A stretch of DNA of 64,000 bases from contig CAWHDZ010000025.1 in NCBI GenBank assembly GCA_963828255.1, positions 32,001 to 96,000 on the forward strand, in the 5' to 3' direction. Within the stretch, counting starts at the first letter, position 1, and each line of letters begins with the position of its first letter. Below are positions 39,950 through 50,332 of this stretch, piece after piece. Both the position numbers and the translations under genes were made by a program. This stretch comes from an uncultured delta proteobacterium. Its GTDB lineage: Bacteria; Myxococcota; Myxococcia; Myxococcales; Anaeromyxobacteraceae. Under the pieces are notes generated by a model that was not told the DNA's origin, did not search any database, and saw nothing but the letters and a program-made list of their open reading frames with translations.

Positions 39950-41608
39950 CTACTTGGCCTTCTTCAGGCGGTCGGCGGCGTCGGCCTGGTAGGACCTGGC
40001 CACCGGGTCGGTGACTCCCTTCAGCGCCACCAGCGCCTGCAGCGTCTTCTTGACGTCGGCCGTCTTCTTGGAGTCGGCCTGCATCTTGGCCGCCGAGTAG
40101 AGGATGCGGGCGGTGATGTTGGGGTCCTCCCCGGCGCACCCCGGGTCGTTGGCGAACTTCACGTAGACGTTCGCCGCATCGACCGGCTTCTTCGTCTCCT
40201 GGAGCGCCACGCCGAGGTTCTGCATGGCGAGGCACCGCTGCGGCGCCTCCGGCCAGCGGTTCAGGTACTCCTGGTTGTACTTGGCCGAGGCGGCGTATTC
40301 GCGGGACGCGGCCAGGTTGGCGCCGAGCAGGAGCAGGGTCTGCTGGATGACCTTGGCGTCCGGGTAGTCCCGGACGAGCCTCTCGCGGACGGCGACGGCC
40401 TGCTTCTTGTCCCCCGCCTTGTCGTGGGCGATGGCGGCGTTGAAGAGCGCGCTGGGCGCGTCGGGACTGGTCCGGTTCCCGGCGGCGAACTTCTCGTAGA
40501 GGCCGGCCGATTGCCTGTACATCTCGGCCGATCCGGGCACGCCCGCCTTCGCCATGGCGTCCGCCTTGCCCATCAGGAGCCCGGCCTGGTTGTAGTCGCT
40601 GCCCGTCGAACCTTCCTTGAGCTCCGTGGCGAGCTTGGCGAGCGCGGCCGCGGACTTCTTCTGCTCCTCGCCGGCTCCCGGCGCGGCGGCGTCATCGCCC
40701 GCCTTCTTCGCAGCGGCAGCCAGGACCGGCTCGAGCCTCGCGGCGGCGGCCTCGAGACCCTTCGGGTCCTTCAGGATCCGGAAGGTGTCGAGATAGTAGG
40801 GAACGGCCGTCTCGAGCAGGTCGCCCCTCGAGGGGTGCATGTCGATCACCTTGCCGAAGCGCCTCTGCGCGTCCTCGATGTTGTCGTAGCCGAACTCGAC
40901 CTGCGCGGCGATGAGCTGCAGCTGCCCGAGGTCGGTGCCGCCCTGGACCTTGCGCTCCTCCGCGGTGAGCTTGCTCGTCGGGTCGGCGTCGCGGTTCGCC
41001 TCGTAGATGTCGGCGCTCTCCACGAACAGCTTCCAGGGCCGGTCGAGGGGGCGCGGCACGGGTGCGGCGCCGCCGCGGGCGGTGGAGGGCTGGAGCTTCA
41101 GCTGAGGGATCTTGCCCGAGCGCATCTCCTGGATGGCGAGCATCTGCCAGGCCCCGGAGGCGTACCGCGCACCGATGGCCTTGGTGACCCCGGTGGCCTT
41201 GGGATCGACCATCATGCGCTGCGCGGCCTCCGCGGCGAGCTCCCACTCCTTCGCCCCCAGGTAGCGCGCCGCAGCCATGCGCAGGAAGACGATGCGCAGG
41301 CGGTGGCTCGGGTACTTGCCCACGAAGCTGACCAGGTTGTCCGCGCCGATCCTGTCCTCGGCGGCGGCCGCATCGAGCTTGCCGGAGAGCCGGTCTCGCA
41401 TGGCCCGGTCGAGGTGAATGTACACGTCCTTCAGGAGCGCGAGTTCGGTGGCGTCTGCCTGGATCTTGCTGTCCTGGGCCTCCTCCGGCGACGAGGGCTC
41501 GCGGTGGTCGGCCTGGGCGAAGATCAGGCTCTGGTCCTGGGCGGGCGCGACCGCGGGCGCGAGGGCTGCGGCGATCGCGAGGGAGGCGACGACGGCACGG
41601 ACATTCAT
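39950..41608 (-). CDS. Exported tetratricopeptide-repeat protein
   Basis: Signal peptide MNVRAVVASLAIAAALAPAVAPA; TPR-like ALFNAAIAH..AG...A..R.LV.DYP repeats. Confidence 0.75.
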   Translation of the reverse strand: MNVRAVVASLAIAAALAPAVAPAQDQSLIFAQADHREPSSPEEAQDSKIQADATELALLKDVYIHLDRAMRDRLSGKLDAAAAEDRIGADNLVSFVGKYPSHRLRIVFLRMAAARYLGAKEWELAAEAAQRMMVDPKATGVTKAIGARYASGAWQMLAIQEMRSGKIPQLKLQPSTARGGAAPVPRPLDRPWKLFVESADIYEANRDADPTSKLTAEERKVQGGTDLGQLQLIAAQVEFGYDNIEDAQRRFGKVIDMHPSRGDLLETAVPYYLDTFRILKDPKGLEAAAARLEPVLAAAAKKAGDDAAAPGAGEEQKKSAAALAKLATELKEGSTGSDYNQAGLLMGKADAMAKAGVPGSAEMYRQSAGLYEKFAAGNRTSPDAPSALFNAAIAHDKAGDKKQAVAVRERLVRDYPDAKVIQQTLLLLGANLAASREYAASAKYNQEYLNRWPEAPQRCLAMQNLGVALQETKKPVDAANVYVKFANDPGCAGEDPNITARILYSAAKMQADSKKTADVKKTLQALVALKGVTDPVARSYQADAADRLKKAK

Positions 41609-41695
41609 GTGGGTCCCCTTTTCTGGCGGAGCGGTCGTACATCCAGACGCGCCGGAGGGCAAGTGCTTCAAGGCCCTTCCGGGACGTGCAGGGCG

Positions 41696-42283
<588 letters not shown>

Positions 42284-42286
42284 GTC

Positions 42287-42766
42287 CTAGGCGCTGAAGA
42301 GGTTGTCGATGTCGTCGTCGGTGATCTCGGCGAGCGGGCTGCGCACGCCGGGGGTGGCCTGGCGTCGCGAGAGCTGCTCGAAGACCCGGGCCAGCTCCTC
42401 GCTGGCCTTCTTGACCCGGAGCCGGACGAGGCCGAGCGAGCTGCGGGCGTCGAAGATCACCACCAGCACCACCTTGCCGGCCACGATGGACATGTGGAGC
42501 GACTCGCGCTCCCCCTCGTGGAACTGGCTGGGGAACTCGTTCTCCCCGATGAGCTTGGCGAGCCCGCCCATGGCGGCGACGTTGCCGGCGGTGAGCGAGG
42601 CGAGCGAGGTGGTGTCGAGGTCCTGGGAGGCCCCGGTGGCGGCGATGAGCTGGCCGTTCTTGTCCACGAGGAAGACGACCTTCGCACCCGCGTCCCGCGT
42701 GAGGCGGTCGCAGATGCCGGAGATCTTCCGGAACTCCTCCTCGTACATCACCAGGCCCGGACTCAT
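42287..42766 (-). CDS. mglB: MglB roadblock-domain GAP
   Basis: LVMYEEEF, FLVDKNGQLI, SLASLTAGNVAAMGGLAKL, SSLGLVRLR, EITDDDIDNLF. Confidence 0.97.
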   Translation of the reverse strand: MSPGLVMYEEEFRKISGICDRLTRDAGAKVVFLVDKNGQLIAATGASQDLDTTSLASLTAGNVAAMGGLAKLIGENEFPSQFHEGERESLHMSIVAGKVVLVVIFDARSSLGLVRLRVKKASEELARVFEQLSRRQATPGVRSPLAEITDDDIDNLFSA

Positions 42767-42872
42767 TTCCCTCTCCGACGCGTCGAAAGACCGTATCCAC
42801 CGGCGATAGCAGGGATTCCCTGCCCGATCAATGGCGCGGTCCGATATCGGAGCCCGCGACGGGCGCGCGTCC

Positions 42873-43469
42873 TCACAGCTCGCGCCGCCCCGACATGGCG
42901 CGGGCCAGGGTGACCTGGTCGGCGTACTCGAGGTCGCCGCCCATCGGGACCCCCTGGGCGATGCGGCTCACCTTCATCCCCATGGGCTTGAGGAGGCGGG
43001 CCAGGTAGAGCGCGGTGGCCTCGCCCTCCACGTCGGGGTTGGTGGCGATGACGATCTCGTCGACCGGGTTGGTCTCGAGCCGCACCAGCAGCTCGCGGAT
43101 CTTGAGGTCGGACGGCCCTACCCCGTCGAGGGGAGAGAGGGCGCCGTGCAGCACGTGGTAGCGCCCGCGGTACTCGTGGGTGCGCTCGATGGCCACCAGG
43201 TCGGGGACCCCCTCCACGACGCAGAGCAGCCGCGGATCGCGCCGCCCGTCGGAGCAGATGGCGCAGGGATCCTTGTCGGTGAGGGTCTGGCAGCTCGTGC
43301 AGCAACGCACGTCGCGCACCACGCCGGTCACCGCCGCGGCCAGGGCCTCGGCGTAGGCCGGCCCGGCCGCGAGCACGTGGAAGGCCAGCCGCTGGGCGGT
43401 CTTCTCGCCGATGCCCGGCAGGCGCGCCAGCTCCTTCACCAGGCGCGCGATGGGATCGGCGACGGCCAC
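42873..43469 (-). CDS. recR: Recombination mediator RecR
   Basis: LPGIGEKTAQRLA, C4 zinc finger, YHVLHG, EGEATA. Confidence 0.97.
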   Translation of the reverse strand: MAVADPIARLVKELARLPGIGEKTAQRLAFHVLAAGPAYAEALAAAVTGVVRDVRCCTSCQTLTDKDPCAICSDGRRDPRLLCVVEGVPDLVAIERTHEYRGRYHVLHGALSPLDGVGPSDLKIRELLVRLETNPVDEIVIATNPDVEGEATALYLARLLKPMGMKVSRIAQGVPMGGDLEYADQVTLARAMSGRREL

Positions 43470-43473
43470 CGTC

Positions 43474-43785
43474 CTAGACTCCCAGTCCGGGGATGCGCAG
43501 GCCGCCGGTGGCCTTCTCCATGGTCTCGTCGGCGAGCTTGCGGGCCTTCTCGAGCGCGGCGTTGGCGGCGGCCGCCACCAGGTCCTCGAGCATCTCCTTG
43601 CCGGCCGGATCGATGGCCTTGGGGTCGATGGTGACGCGACGGATCTCGAAGCGCCCGTTCATCTTCACCTGCACCAGGCCGCCTCCCGCCTCGGCGTCCA
43701 CCTCGAGCTCGCCGAGCTGCTCCTTGGCGTGCTCGACCGCCTTCTCGATCTTCTTCGCCTGCCGCATCAGGAACTGGATGTCCAT
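43474..43785 (-). CDS. ybaB: YbaB/EbfC nucleoid-associated protein
   Basis: [22 protein letters not shown]; located between dnaX and recR. Confidence 0.93.
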   Translation of the reverse strand: MDIQFLMRQAKKIEKAVEHAKEQLGELEVDAEAGGGLVQVKMNGRFEIRRVTIDPKAIDPAGKEMLEDLVAAAANAALEKARKLADETMEKATGGLRIPGLGV

Positions 43786-43809
43786 GTCTGCTCCCGGGCC
43801 GAGGAGGCC

Positions 43810-45528
43810 CTACAGCTCGTCCGTGCCTTCGATGTCGGCGTCGAGCAGCTTCGCCGCTTCCTGGATGTTGGGGTGGGCGCGCGCCTCGTCCCTCACCTTC
43901 GCCACCCGGGTCTCGCGCTCGGCCCGCTCCACCGAGGCGATGGATGCCACCGGCCCCGCCGCCTCCGGGGTTGCCGGGGCCGCCGGACCGACCTCGATGG
44001 CGAGCTTCACCGGGCGATCCAGGAAGGAGGAGAAGACCTTCTCGACCTGGGCCCGCTTGCGCTCCACCAGGTCGGGGTAGCGGGTCCCGGCGGGGAATCG
44101 GATGCGCACCTCGGGAGAGCCGAGGGCGACGAGCGTGGCCTGCTTCAGTGCGGAGCCCAGCATGGGGCTGTCGGCCTCGACCGCCGCGACGGCGGACCGC
44201 CATTCCACGGCGGTCGGCGCGACAGCGCCGGCCGCAAGAGCGTCTACCGGAGCCACCACCGCCGCTGTCATCGGAGCCGACACCGGAGCCGACACCGGAG
44301 CCGACACCGGAGCCGCCGCCTTCGCCACCGCGACCACCGCCGCAGGCGCCACCGCCGCCGCCGCCCTCGGAACCGCCGCCGCCGCCACCGCCCTCCCCCC
44401 CGCGATGGCCTCCGCACGGGCCAGCAACTCCCCCACGTCCGCCCCCGGAGCCAGCACCGCGCCCTTGAGCAGCGCCACCTCGAGCGCGTACCGCGGCTGG
44501 TCGGCCAGCTTCACCTCCAGGACCGCCCTCTGCGCGATGTCGAAGAGCCGCGCCAGCTGGGCCGGCTCGGCCTCCGCCGCCACGGCCTGGACGTCCCGAA
44601 GCTCCGCCTCGGGCAGGTCGAGCGGGACCCCCGGCGCGAGCCGGGCCACCGTGGCGTCGCGCAGGAAGCGGACCAGTTCCTCGGCCACGCGCCGCATCTC
44701 CAGGCCGCGCTCGTACAGCGCGGCCACCTCGGCGAGCAGCCCCGCGCCGTCGCGCCGGACGAGCCCCGCCGCCATCCGCGAGACCGCCGCCGCGTCCACG
44801 ACCCCGAGCGCCTCGGCCACCGCGTCGTCGCCCGGCTCGTCGCCGCAGGCAGCCCGCACCCGGTCGAGGAGCGAGAGCGCGTCGCGCATGCCCCCCTCGG
44901 CGGCCCGGGCCACGAGCGCCAGCGAGGCCCCGGAGAGCTTCATCCCCTCGGCGGCGGCCACCTTGCCGAGCTGGTCCACGATCTGGCGCAGGTCGAGCCG
45001 CCGGAAGTCGAAGCGCTGGCAGCGGGAGACGATGGTCTCCGGCACCTTGTGTACGTCGGTGGTGGCCAGCACGAAGATCACGTGCGGCGGCGGCTCCTCC
45101 AGGGTCTTCAGCAATGCATTGAAGGCGCCGGTGGAGAGCATGTGGACCTCGTCCACCACGAACACCTTGAACTTGTCGCGGGCGGGCCGGTACTTCACCC
45201 CCTCGACGATGTCGCGGACGTTGTCCACGCCGTTGTTGGAGGCGGCGTCGATCTCGATGACGTCCACCGAGCGCCCCTCGGTGATCTCCACGCAGGCCAC
45301 GCAGACGCCGCAGGGGCTGGCGGTGGGCCCCTTCTCGCAGTTCACCGCCTTGGCGACGAGGCGCGCCGCGGTGGTCTTGCCCACGCCGCGCGGCCCGGTG
45401 AAGAGGAAGGCGTGGGCCAGCCGCCCGGACGCCAGCGCGTTCGAGAGGGTGCGGACCACGTGCTCCTGGCCCGACATCTCCCCGAAGGTCTGGGGCCGGT
45501 ACTTCCGGGCGAGGACGAGGTAGCCCAT
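43810..45528 (-). CDS. dnaX: DNA polymerase III gamma/tau
   Basis: LARKYRPQTF, GPRGVGKTT, EIDAAS, DEVHML, SRCQ. Confidence 0.97.
   Translation of the reverse strand: MGYLVLARKYRPQTFGEMSGQEHVVRTLSNALASGRLAHAFLFTGPRGVGKTTAARLVAKAVNCEKGPTASPCGVCVACVEITEGRSVDVIEIDAASNNGVDNVRDIVEGVKYRPARDKFKVFVVDEVHMLSTGAFNALLKTLEEPPPHVIFVLATTDVHKVPETIVSRCQRFDFRRLDLRQIVDQLGKVAAAEGMKLSGASLALVARAAEGGMRDALSLLDRVRAACGDEPGDDAVAEALGVVDAAAVSRMAAGLVRRDGAGLLAEVAALYERGLEMRRVAEELVRFLRDATVARLAPGVPLDLPEAELRDVQAVAAEAEPAQLARLFDIAQRAVLEVKLADQPRYALEVALLKGAVLAPGADVGELLARAEAIAGGRAVAAAAVPRAAAAVAPAAVVAVAKAAAPVSAPVSAPVSAPMTAAVVAPVDALAAGAVAPTAVEWRSAVAAVEADSPMLGSALKQATLVALGSPEVRIRFPAGTRYPDLVERKRAQVEKVFSSFLDRPVKLAIEVGPAAPATPEAAGPVASIASVERAERETRVAKVRDEARAHPNIQEAAKLLDADIEGTDEL
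44272..44315. repeat. 12-bp tandem repeat in the dnaX linker
   Basis: (CGGAGCCGACAC)x3 plus a partial copy, encoding APVS repeats. Confidence 0.8.
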
Positions 45529-45553
45529 GGTTCACCCCACGAAGAAAACGACA

Positions 45554-45664
45554 GGAGCCGGCCCACAATCCCCGGGCGCACGGAGGACAGCCTACCGTTG
45601 CTCCCTTCCGGGCCTGGCGGGGTTCGACTGAACCCACGTCGCCCGAGGATTCTGGACCGGCTCC
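45554..45664 (-). ncRNA. ffs: Signal recognition particle RNA (4.5S)
   Basis: Minus strand CGCCAGGCCCGGAAGGGAGCAACGG domain IV; terminal GGAGCCGG/CCGGCTCC pairing; upstream of dnaX. Confidence 0.93.
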
Positions 45665-45672
45665 TTCTCGAC

Positions 45673-45765
45673 TGGCGGAGAGGGTGGGATTTGAACCCAC
45701 GGTCCACCTTTTGGGCGGACAAACGATTTCCAGTCGTTCACCTTCGGCCGCTCGGTCACCTCTCC
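45673..45765 (-). tRNA. tRNA-Ser(GGA)
   Basis: GGAGAGG acceptor stem, anticodon arm AACGA-CTGGAAA-TCGTT, long variable arm, GTTCAAATC, encoded CCA. Confidence 0.95.
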
Positions 45766-45787
45766 AGTTCGATAACTCAATTCGATG

Positions 45788-45875
45788 CGGAGAGCGTGGG
45801 ATTCGAACCCACGGTACCGTTACCGGTACACCTGATTTCGAGTCAGGCGCCTTCGACCAGCTCGGCCAGCTCTCC
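45788..45875 (-). tRNA. tRNA-Ser(CGA), no encoded CCA
   Basis: GGAGAGC acceptor stem, CCTGA-CTCGAAA-TCAGG anticodon arm, long variable arm, GTTCGAATC. Confidence 0.95.
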
Positions 45876-46409
45876 GCGGGCGGATCTAACCGATTTCCCC
45901 CCGGAGCCAAGCTCGGAGGATCCGGAATTTTCCCCGAAGCGTCCGGTAGTTGCCCGGCGGGACCGAAAGAAGGCCCGGAGCTGCTCGCCGCACTCCCCGG
46001 CCCGGAGCCCCCGCTCGACCGGGAAGCGGTGGTTCAGGCGCGGGTCGGCGGAGAGGTCCATGAGCGACCCCGCCGCTCCCGCCTTCGGGTCATCCGCCCC
46101 GTAGACCAGCCGGTCCACCCGGGCGAGCACGAGCGCCCCGGCGCACATGGCGCAGGGCTCGAGCGTGACCACCAGGGTGACGCCGGTGAGCCGCCAGCGG
46201 CCGAGCGTGCGCGCCGCGTCCTGGATGGCGAGGAGCTCGGCGTGGGCGCAGGGGTCGCGGTCCTCCTCGCGCCGGTTGCGCCCCCGTCCCACCACCCGCC
46301 CCTCGTGCACGGCCACCGCACCCACCGGGACCTCGCCGGCGGCGGCGGCCTCGGCGGCCAGACCGAGCGCCTCCTGCATGGCGGCGTCGAAGGGGTGGGC
46401 GTCGTTCAC
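45843..46409 (-). CDS. tadA: tRNA adenosine(34) deaminase
   Basis: EVPVGAV, AHAE, TLEPCAMCAGA, DPKAGA, LNH; 3' end runs into tRNA-Ser(CGA). Confidence 0.92.
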   Translation of the reverse strand: MNDAHPFDAAMQEALGLAAEAAAAGEVPVGAVAVHEGRVVGRGRNRREEDRDPCAHAELLAIQDAARTLGRWRLTGVTLVVTLEPCAMCAGALVLARVDRLVYGADDPKAGAAGSLMDLSADPRLNHRFPVERGLRAGECGEQLRAFFRSRRATTGRFGENSGSSELGSGGKSVRSARGELAELVEGA

Positions 46410-48163
46410 GGGACGTGGACTCCGGCGGCCGGCTCGGGGAGGCGCAGCTCGGGGTGGTCGGCGCAGTCGAGCCCGCAGGCCCGGCAGGTGGAGAGGGCGC
46501 ACTTGGGCGTGATGCGTGCCCCCACGCCGCGCCGGTACTCGCGGGCCAGGAAGGACTTGGTGAGCCCGTGGTCGATGAAGTCCCAGGGGAGCCGCTCGCC
46601 CACCCCGACCTCCCGGGTGACGAAGAACTCCGGGTCGTGGGGCCAGCGGGAGAGCGCCCGCTGCACGCTGCCCCCGGTCTCGAGGAGCGCGGCCTCGAGC
46701 AGGTCGGCGCAGCGCCGGTCGCCGCGGGAGAGGAGCGTCTGGACGTAGGCCTCGCGCGGGGAGAGGAACTCCACCTCGATGCCCTGCGGCCGCAGCCGCT
46801 TCTCCAGCAGGCGGCGCTTGCCGGCCAGGCAGGCGGCGTCGTGCATGGGGGCCCACTGGAACGGGGTCCAGGGCTTGGGGACGAAGGGATTCACGGACAG
46901 TGTGATGCGCCCCATGCGCCCGGTGGCCTTGGCCCTCGGCTTCATGACCTCGTCGCGGATGCGCAGGGCGATGACGGCCATGCCGTCCACGTCCTCGTCG
47001 GTCTCGGTGGGGAGCCCGCACATGAAGTAGAGCTTGACGTGGCGCATCCCCTTCGCGAGCGCGGCCTCGGCCGCCTCGACGATGCGGTCGTCGGAGAAGT
47101 CCTTGTTCACCACCTTGCGCATCCGGTCGGTGCCGGCCTCGGGGGCGATGGTGATGGAGCGCTCGCCGCCCTCGGCCATGCGGCCGGCCAGCTCGGGCGT
47201 GATGGCGTCCACCCGCAGCGACGACGGGCTGAAGGTGCCGCCCTCCTCGCCGATGAAGCAGGTGAGCGGGTCGAGACCGGTGTAGTCGCTGGTGTCGGGG
47301 CCGACGAGCCCGATGCGCAGCCCCTTCTCGATGCCCTTCCGGACCTGGCCGCGCAGCACCTCGAGGTCCACCTCGCGGTAGGGGCGCTGCACGAAGCCGG
47401 CCGCGCAGAAGCGGCAGCCCCACAGGCACCCGCGCGCCACCTCGGTGAGGAAGAGGTCGCCGAACTGGGCGCCGGGGGTGTCGACGACCCGGCTGGTGGG
47501 GACGTTCTTCAAGTCGGGCACGTAGAGCCGCTTCACGATGGGTGAAGCGCCCTCGCGGGGCTCGAAGCGGGTCACCCACTGCCCGCCATGATCACGGGTG
47601 TCCGCGTAGGCCACGTCGTAGAGCGAGGGGACGTAGGCGCCGGGGAGCCGGGAGAGCGCCCGCAGGGAATCGGCCCGCCCGGCCCGCGCCTCCGGCCGGC
47701 GCATGGCGGCCAGGAAGGAGGGCAGGAGTTCCTCCCCCTCCCCCACCAGGAAGAGGTCGAAGAAGGGGGCCAGCGGCTCGGGGTTGATCTGCACGGCGAT
47801 GCCCCCCGCCACGACCAGCGGAAAGCGCTCGTCCCGGTCCCGGGACCGGAGCGGGATCCCCGACCTGCGCAGGACGTCGAGGACGTTCACGTAGTCGTCC
47901 TCGAAGGAGAGGGAGAAGGCCACCACGTCGAAGTCGCGCAGCGGGCGCCCCGACTCGACGGTGCGGGGCTCCACCCCCGGCTCCTCGGGGAGGAAGGCCC
48001 GCTCGCAGAGGACGTCGCTCTCGGCGTTGGCGATGCGGTAGACGGCGTGGAAACCCAGGTTTGCCATTCCCAGGCGCCAGGCGTTCGGGTACACGAGCGC
48101 CACGCCCAGGCGCCCTCCCGGATCCTTGCGGATCGCCCCGCTCTCGCCCCTCGAATGGTCCAT
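46406..48163 (-). CDS. B12-binding-like radical SAM protein
   Basis: YPNAW.LGMANLG, EVARGCLWGCRFC, TIAPEAG, KLYFMCGLP, FVPKPWTPFQW, C-terminal Cys cluster. Confidence 0.85.
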   Translation of the reverse strand: MDHSRGESGAIRKDPGGRLGVALVYPNAWRLGMANLGFHAVYRIANAESDVLCERAFLPEEPGVEPRTVESGRPLRDFDVVAFSLSFEDDYVNVLDVLRRSGIPLRSRDRDERFPLVVAGGIAVQINPEPLAPFFDLFLVGEGEELLPSFLAAMRRPEARAGRADSLRALSRLPGAYVPSLYDVAYADTRDHGGQWVTRFEPREGASPIVKRLYVPDLKNVPTSRVVDTPGAQFGDLFLTEVARGCLWGCRFCAAGFVQRPYREVDLEVLRGQVRKGIEKGLRIGLVGPDTSDYTGLDPLTCFIGEEGGTFSPSSLRVDAITPELAGRMAEGGERSITIAPEAGTDRMRKVVNKDFSDDRIVEAAEAALAKGMRHVKLYFMCGLPTETDEDVDGMAVIALRIRDEVMKPRAKATGRMGRITLSVNPFVPKPWTPFQWAPMHDAACLAGKRRLLEKRLRPQGIEVEFLSPREAYVQTLLSRGDRRCADLLEAALLETGGSVQRALSRWPHDPEFFVTREVGVGERLPWDFIDHGLTKSFLAREYRRGVGARITPKCALSTCRACGLDCADHPELRLPEPAAGVHVP

Positions 48164-48222
48164 CCGCTGCGTTCCTTAACGCCGGTGCTAGAATCCCGCC
48201 TCCTCTCGCCGCACGAAAGCCC

Positions 48223-49095
48223 ATGACCCTCGCACTGCCCCTCGCGCTCTCCCTGCTCCTCTCGGCCCCTCCCGCCCCGCCTCCGGCCGTCGACTGGTCC
48301 CGGATCCCCGAAACCGTGGGGGTCTCGGCGCTCACCCCTCCGCAGAAGGACGTGCTGGCGCGGGTTCTCGCCGACGAGTTCTGCTACTGCGGGTGCCCGC
48401 ACACCCTGCTCGGCTGCCTCAACGAGCACAAGGAGTGCAAGCACGCGCCGCGGATGGCGGCGCTGGCGGCGCGCCTGGCCGGGATGGGGCTCTCCTCCGG
48501 CGAGATCCTGAAGACCCTCACCGAGTACTACGCCTCCTTCGACAAGGCCAAGCGGGCCCGCCTGGAGGTCACCGCGCTGGGCAAGCCGCTCGGCGACCCC
48601 AAGGCCCCCGTCACCCTCCACGAGTTCGCCGACTTCGAGTGCCCCTTCTGCCAGCAGCTGCGCCCCAAGCTCGAGGACTTCGTGAAGCGCTACCCGGGCC
48701 GGGTGAAGCTGGTCTTCCGCCCCTTCCCCATCCCCGGCCACCCCCACGCCGACACGGCCGCCGAGGCCTCCGAGTGGGCCCGCGACCAGGACATCTTCTG
48801 GCCCTTCCACGACGCCATGTTCAACGACCCCAAGGCCCTCGACACCGAGTCGCTGGTGTCGCTGGCCGGCCGGCTCGGCAAGGACGGCGAGTCGCTGCGC
48901 AAGGCGCTCGCCGACCGGAAGTACCGGGAGCGCGTGCAGTCCGGGCTCATCGAGGGGCGGCGGGCCGGGGTCGTGGGCACCCCGACGCTCTTCATCAACG
49001 GCCGCCGTCACGTCATCCCCGACTACTCCGACACGGTGCTCGAGTTCATCCTCGAGGACGAGGAGCAGTGGATGAAGAACGGCTGGAAGGACTAG
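48223..49095 (+). CDS. Exported DsbA-family oxidoreductase with N-terminal CYCGC domain
   Basis: Signal peptide; CYCGCPH..GC...C; FADFECPFC; GVVGTPT. Confidence 0.82.
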   Translation: MTLALPLALSLLLSAPPAPPPAVDWSRIPETVGVSALTPPQKDVLARVLADEFCYCGCPHTLLGCLNEHKECKHAPRMAALAARLAGMGLSSGEILKTLTEYYASFDKAKRARLEVTALGKPLGDPKAPVTLHEFADFECPFCQQLRPKLEDFVKRYPGRVKLVFRPFPIPGHPHADTAAEASEWARDQDIFWPFHDAMFNDPKALDTESLVSLAGRLGKDGESLRKALADRKYRERVQSGLIEGRRAGVVGTPTLFINGRRHVIPDYSDTVLEFILEDEEQWMKNGWKD

Positions 49096-49108
49096 CGGGC
49101 CGAAGCCG

Positions 49109-50332
49109 ATGCGCCGCTTCCTGCTCATCGACGCCCACGGCCGGGTGGCCACCCGGGCCGACGACGTCCGGCGCGAGCTGGCCGACCGGGCGGGCACGTT
49201 CGAGCTGCTCCCCTCGGCCCCCGACCTGCTCCTCGCCGTCCGCGTCCCGGCCTTCGGGGGCCCCACCCCGGCGCCGGGCGCCACGCTGGCGGGCGACCTG
49301 GCCGCCTTCCCGCTCGCCGACTTCCTGGGCTTCGTCCACCAGGCCCGCATGACCGGGACCCTCACCGTGCTCGCCGGTGGAGGCACCCGCGCCGTCTCCT
49401 TCCGCGAGGGGCGGGTCAGCGGCTCGGCCTCGGAGGTGCGCGGCGAGCGGTCCGCCGAGGTGGCCGCCCGGCTGGGATTCCCCGGCGAGGGGACGCTGCC
49501 GGTGAACGAGCGCTGGCGGATCGCCCGCGAGCAGGTGACCGCCATCTTCCACGCCGTGCTCACGGCGCGCGAGGGGGTCTTCTACCTGGTCCAGGGGGAG
49601 GACGAGCCGGCCGGCCCGGCCCTCTCCCTCGACACCCAGGCCGTCCTCATGGACGCGGTCCGGCGCATCGACGAGATGGAGCTCTTCCGCGGGCGCATCC
49701 CGGGCGGCGAGGTCTTCCTGCGGCGCCGCGAGCCGCGCGAGCCGGTGGCGCTGGAGCCGGAGGAGGTGCGGCTGCTCGCGCTGGTGGACGGCCGCCGCCG
49801 GGTCCTCGACGTGGCACGGGAGGCCCACCTCTCCGAGTTCGACGCCACCAAGATCCTCTACCGGCTGGCCGAGGCCGGCTACGTCGAGACCACCACCGAG
49901 AGCCCGGGAAGGGCCGCGGCGGCCGACCGGTCGCGCGCGGTGCTGGCCGGCATGAACGAGGTGTTCCGGGAGGTGGTCCGCGCGGTCGGATCCCACGGCT
50001 CCACCGGGCCGATGCTCGGGGACGCCGCCCACTTCCTCGCCGACCCCTCCTCCCGGTTCTACCCGCTCTGGCGCGGCATCGTCCCCGAGCCCGACGGCTC
50101 CCTCGACGAGGACCGGATGCTCGTGGCGCTGGCCGCCCTGGCCGACGCCGAGGCCGGCAAGCTCGACCCGCGCGGCGACCGCCCCCGCATCCTGCTGGCC
50201 GCCCTGCGGGAGCTCATGTTCTTCTTCCTCTTCCAGGCCGGGGAGCGGCTCCCCCGCGACGCCGACGAGGCCATTTCACAGTCCGTGAAGCGACGGCTGG
50301 AGGAGGTGGAGTCGGGAGTGGCCACGCCGTGA
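49109..50332 (+). CDS. DUF4388-like protein
   Basis: LAGDL...LADFLGFVHQARMTGTL; LMDAVRRIDE; wHTH-like VDGRRRVLDVAR. Confidence 0.7.
   Translation: MRRFLLIDAHGRVATRADDVRRELADRAGTFELLPSAPDLLLAVRVPAFGGPTPAPGATLAGDLAAFPLADFLGFVHQARMTGTLTVLAGGGTRAVSFREGRVSGSASEVRGERSAEVAARLGFPGEGTLPVNERWRIAREQVTAIFHAVLTAREGVFYLVQGEDEPAGPALSLDTQAVLMDAVRRIDEMELFRGRIPGGEVFLRRREPREPVALEPEEVRLLALVDGRRRVLDVAREAHLSEFDATKILYRLAEAGYVETTTESPGRAAAADRSRAVLAGMNEVFREVVRAVGSHGSTGPMLGDAAHFLADPSSRFYPLWRGIVPEPDGSLDEDRMLVALAALADAEAGKLDPRGDRPRILLAALRELMFFFLFQAGERLPRDADEAISQSVKRRLEEVESGVATP

Noticed and set aside
44272..44400. Repeats as a CRISPR array or mobile element
   Set aside because: In-frame low-complexity repeats in the DnaX linker; no spacers and no cas genes
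45673..45875. tRNA-Ser pair as an island integration site
   Set aside because: No integrase, no duplicated tRNA 3' end seen, and core genes on both sides
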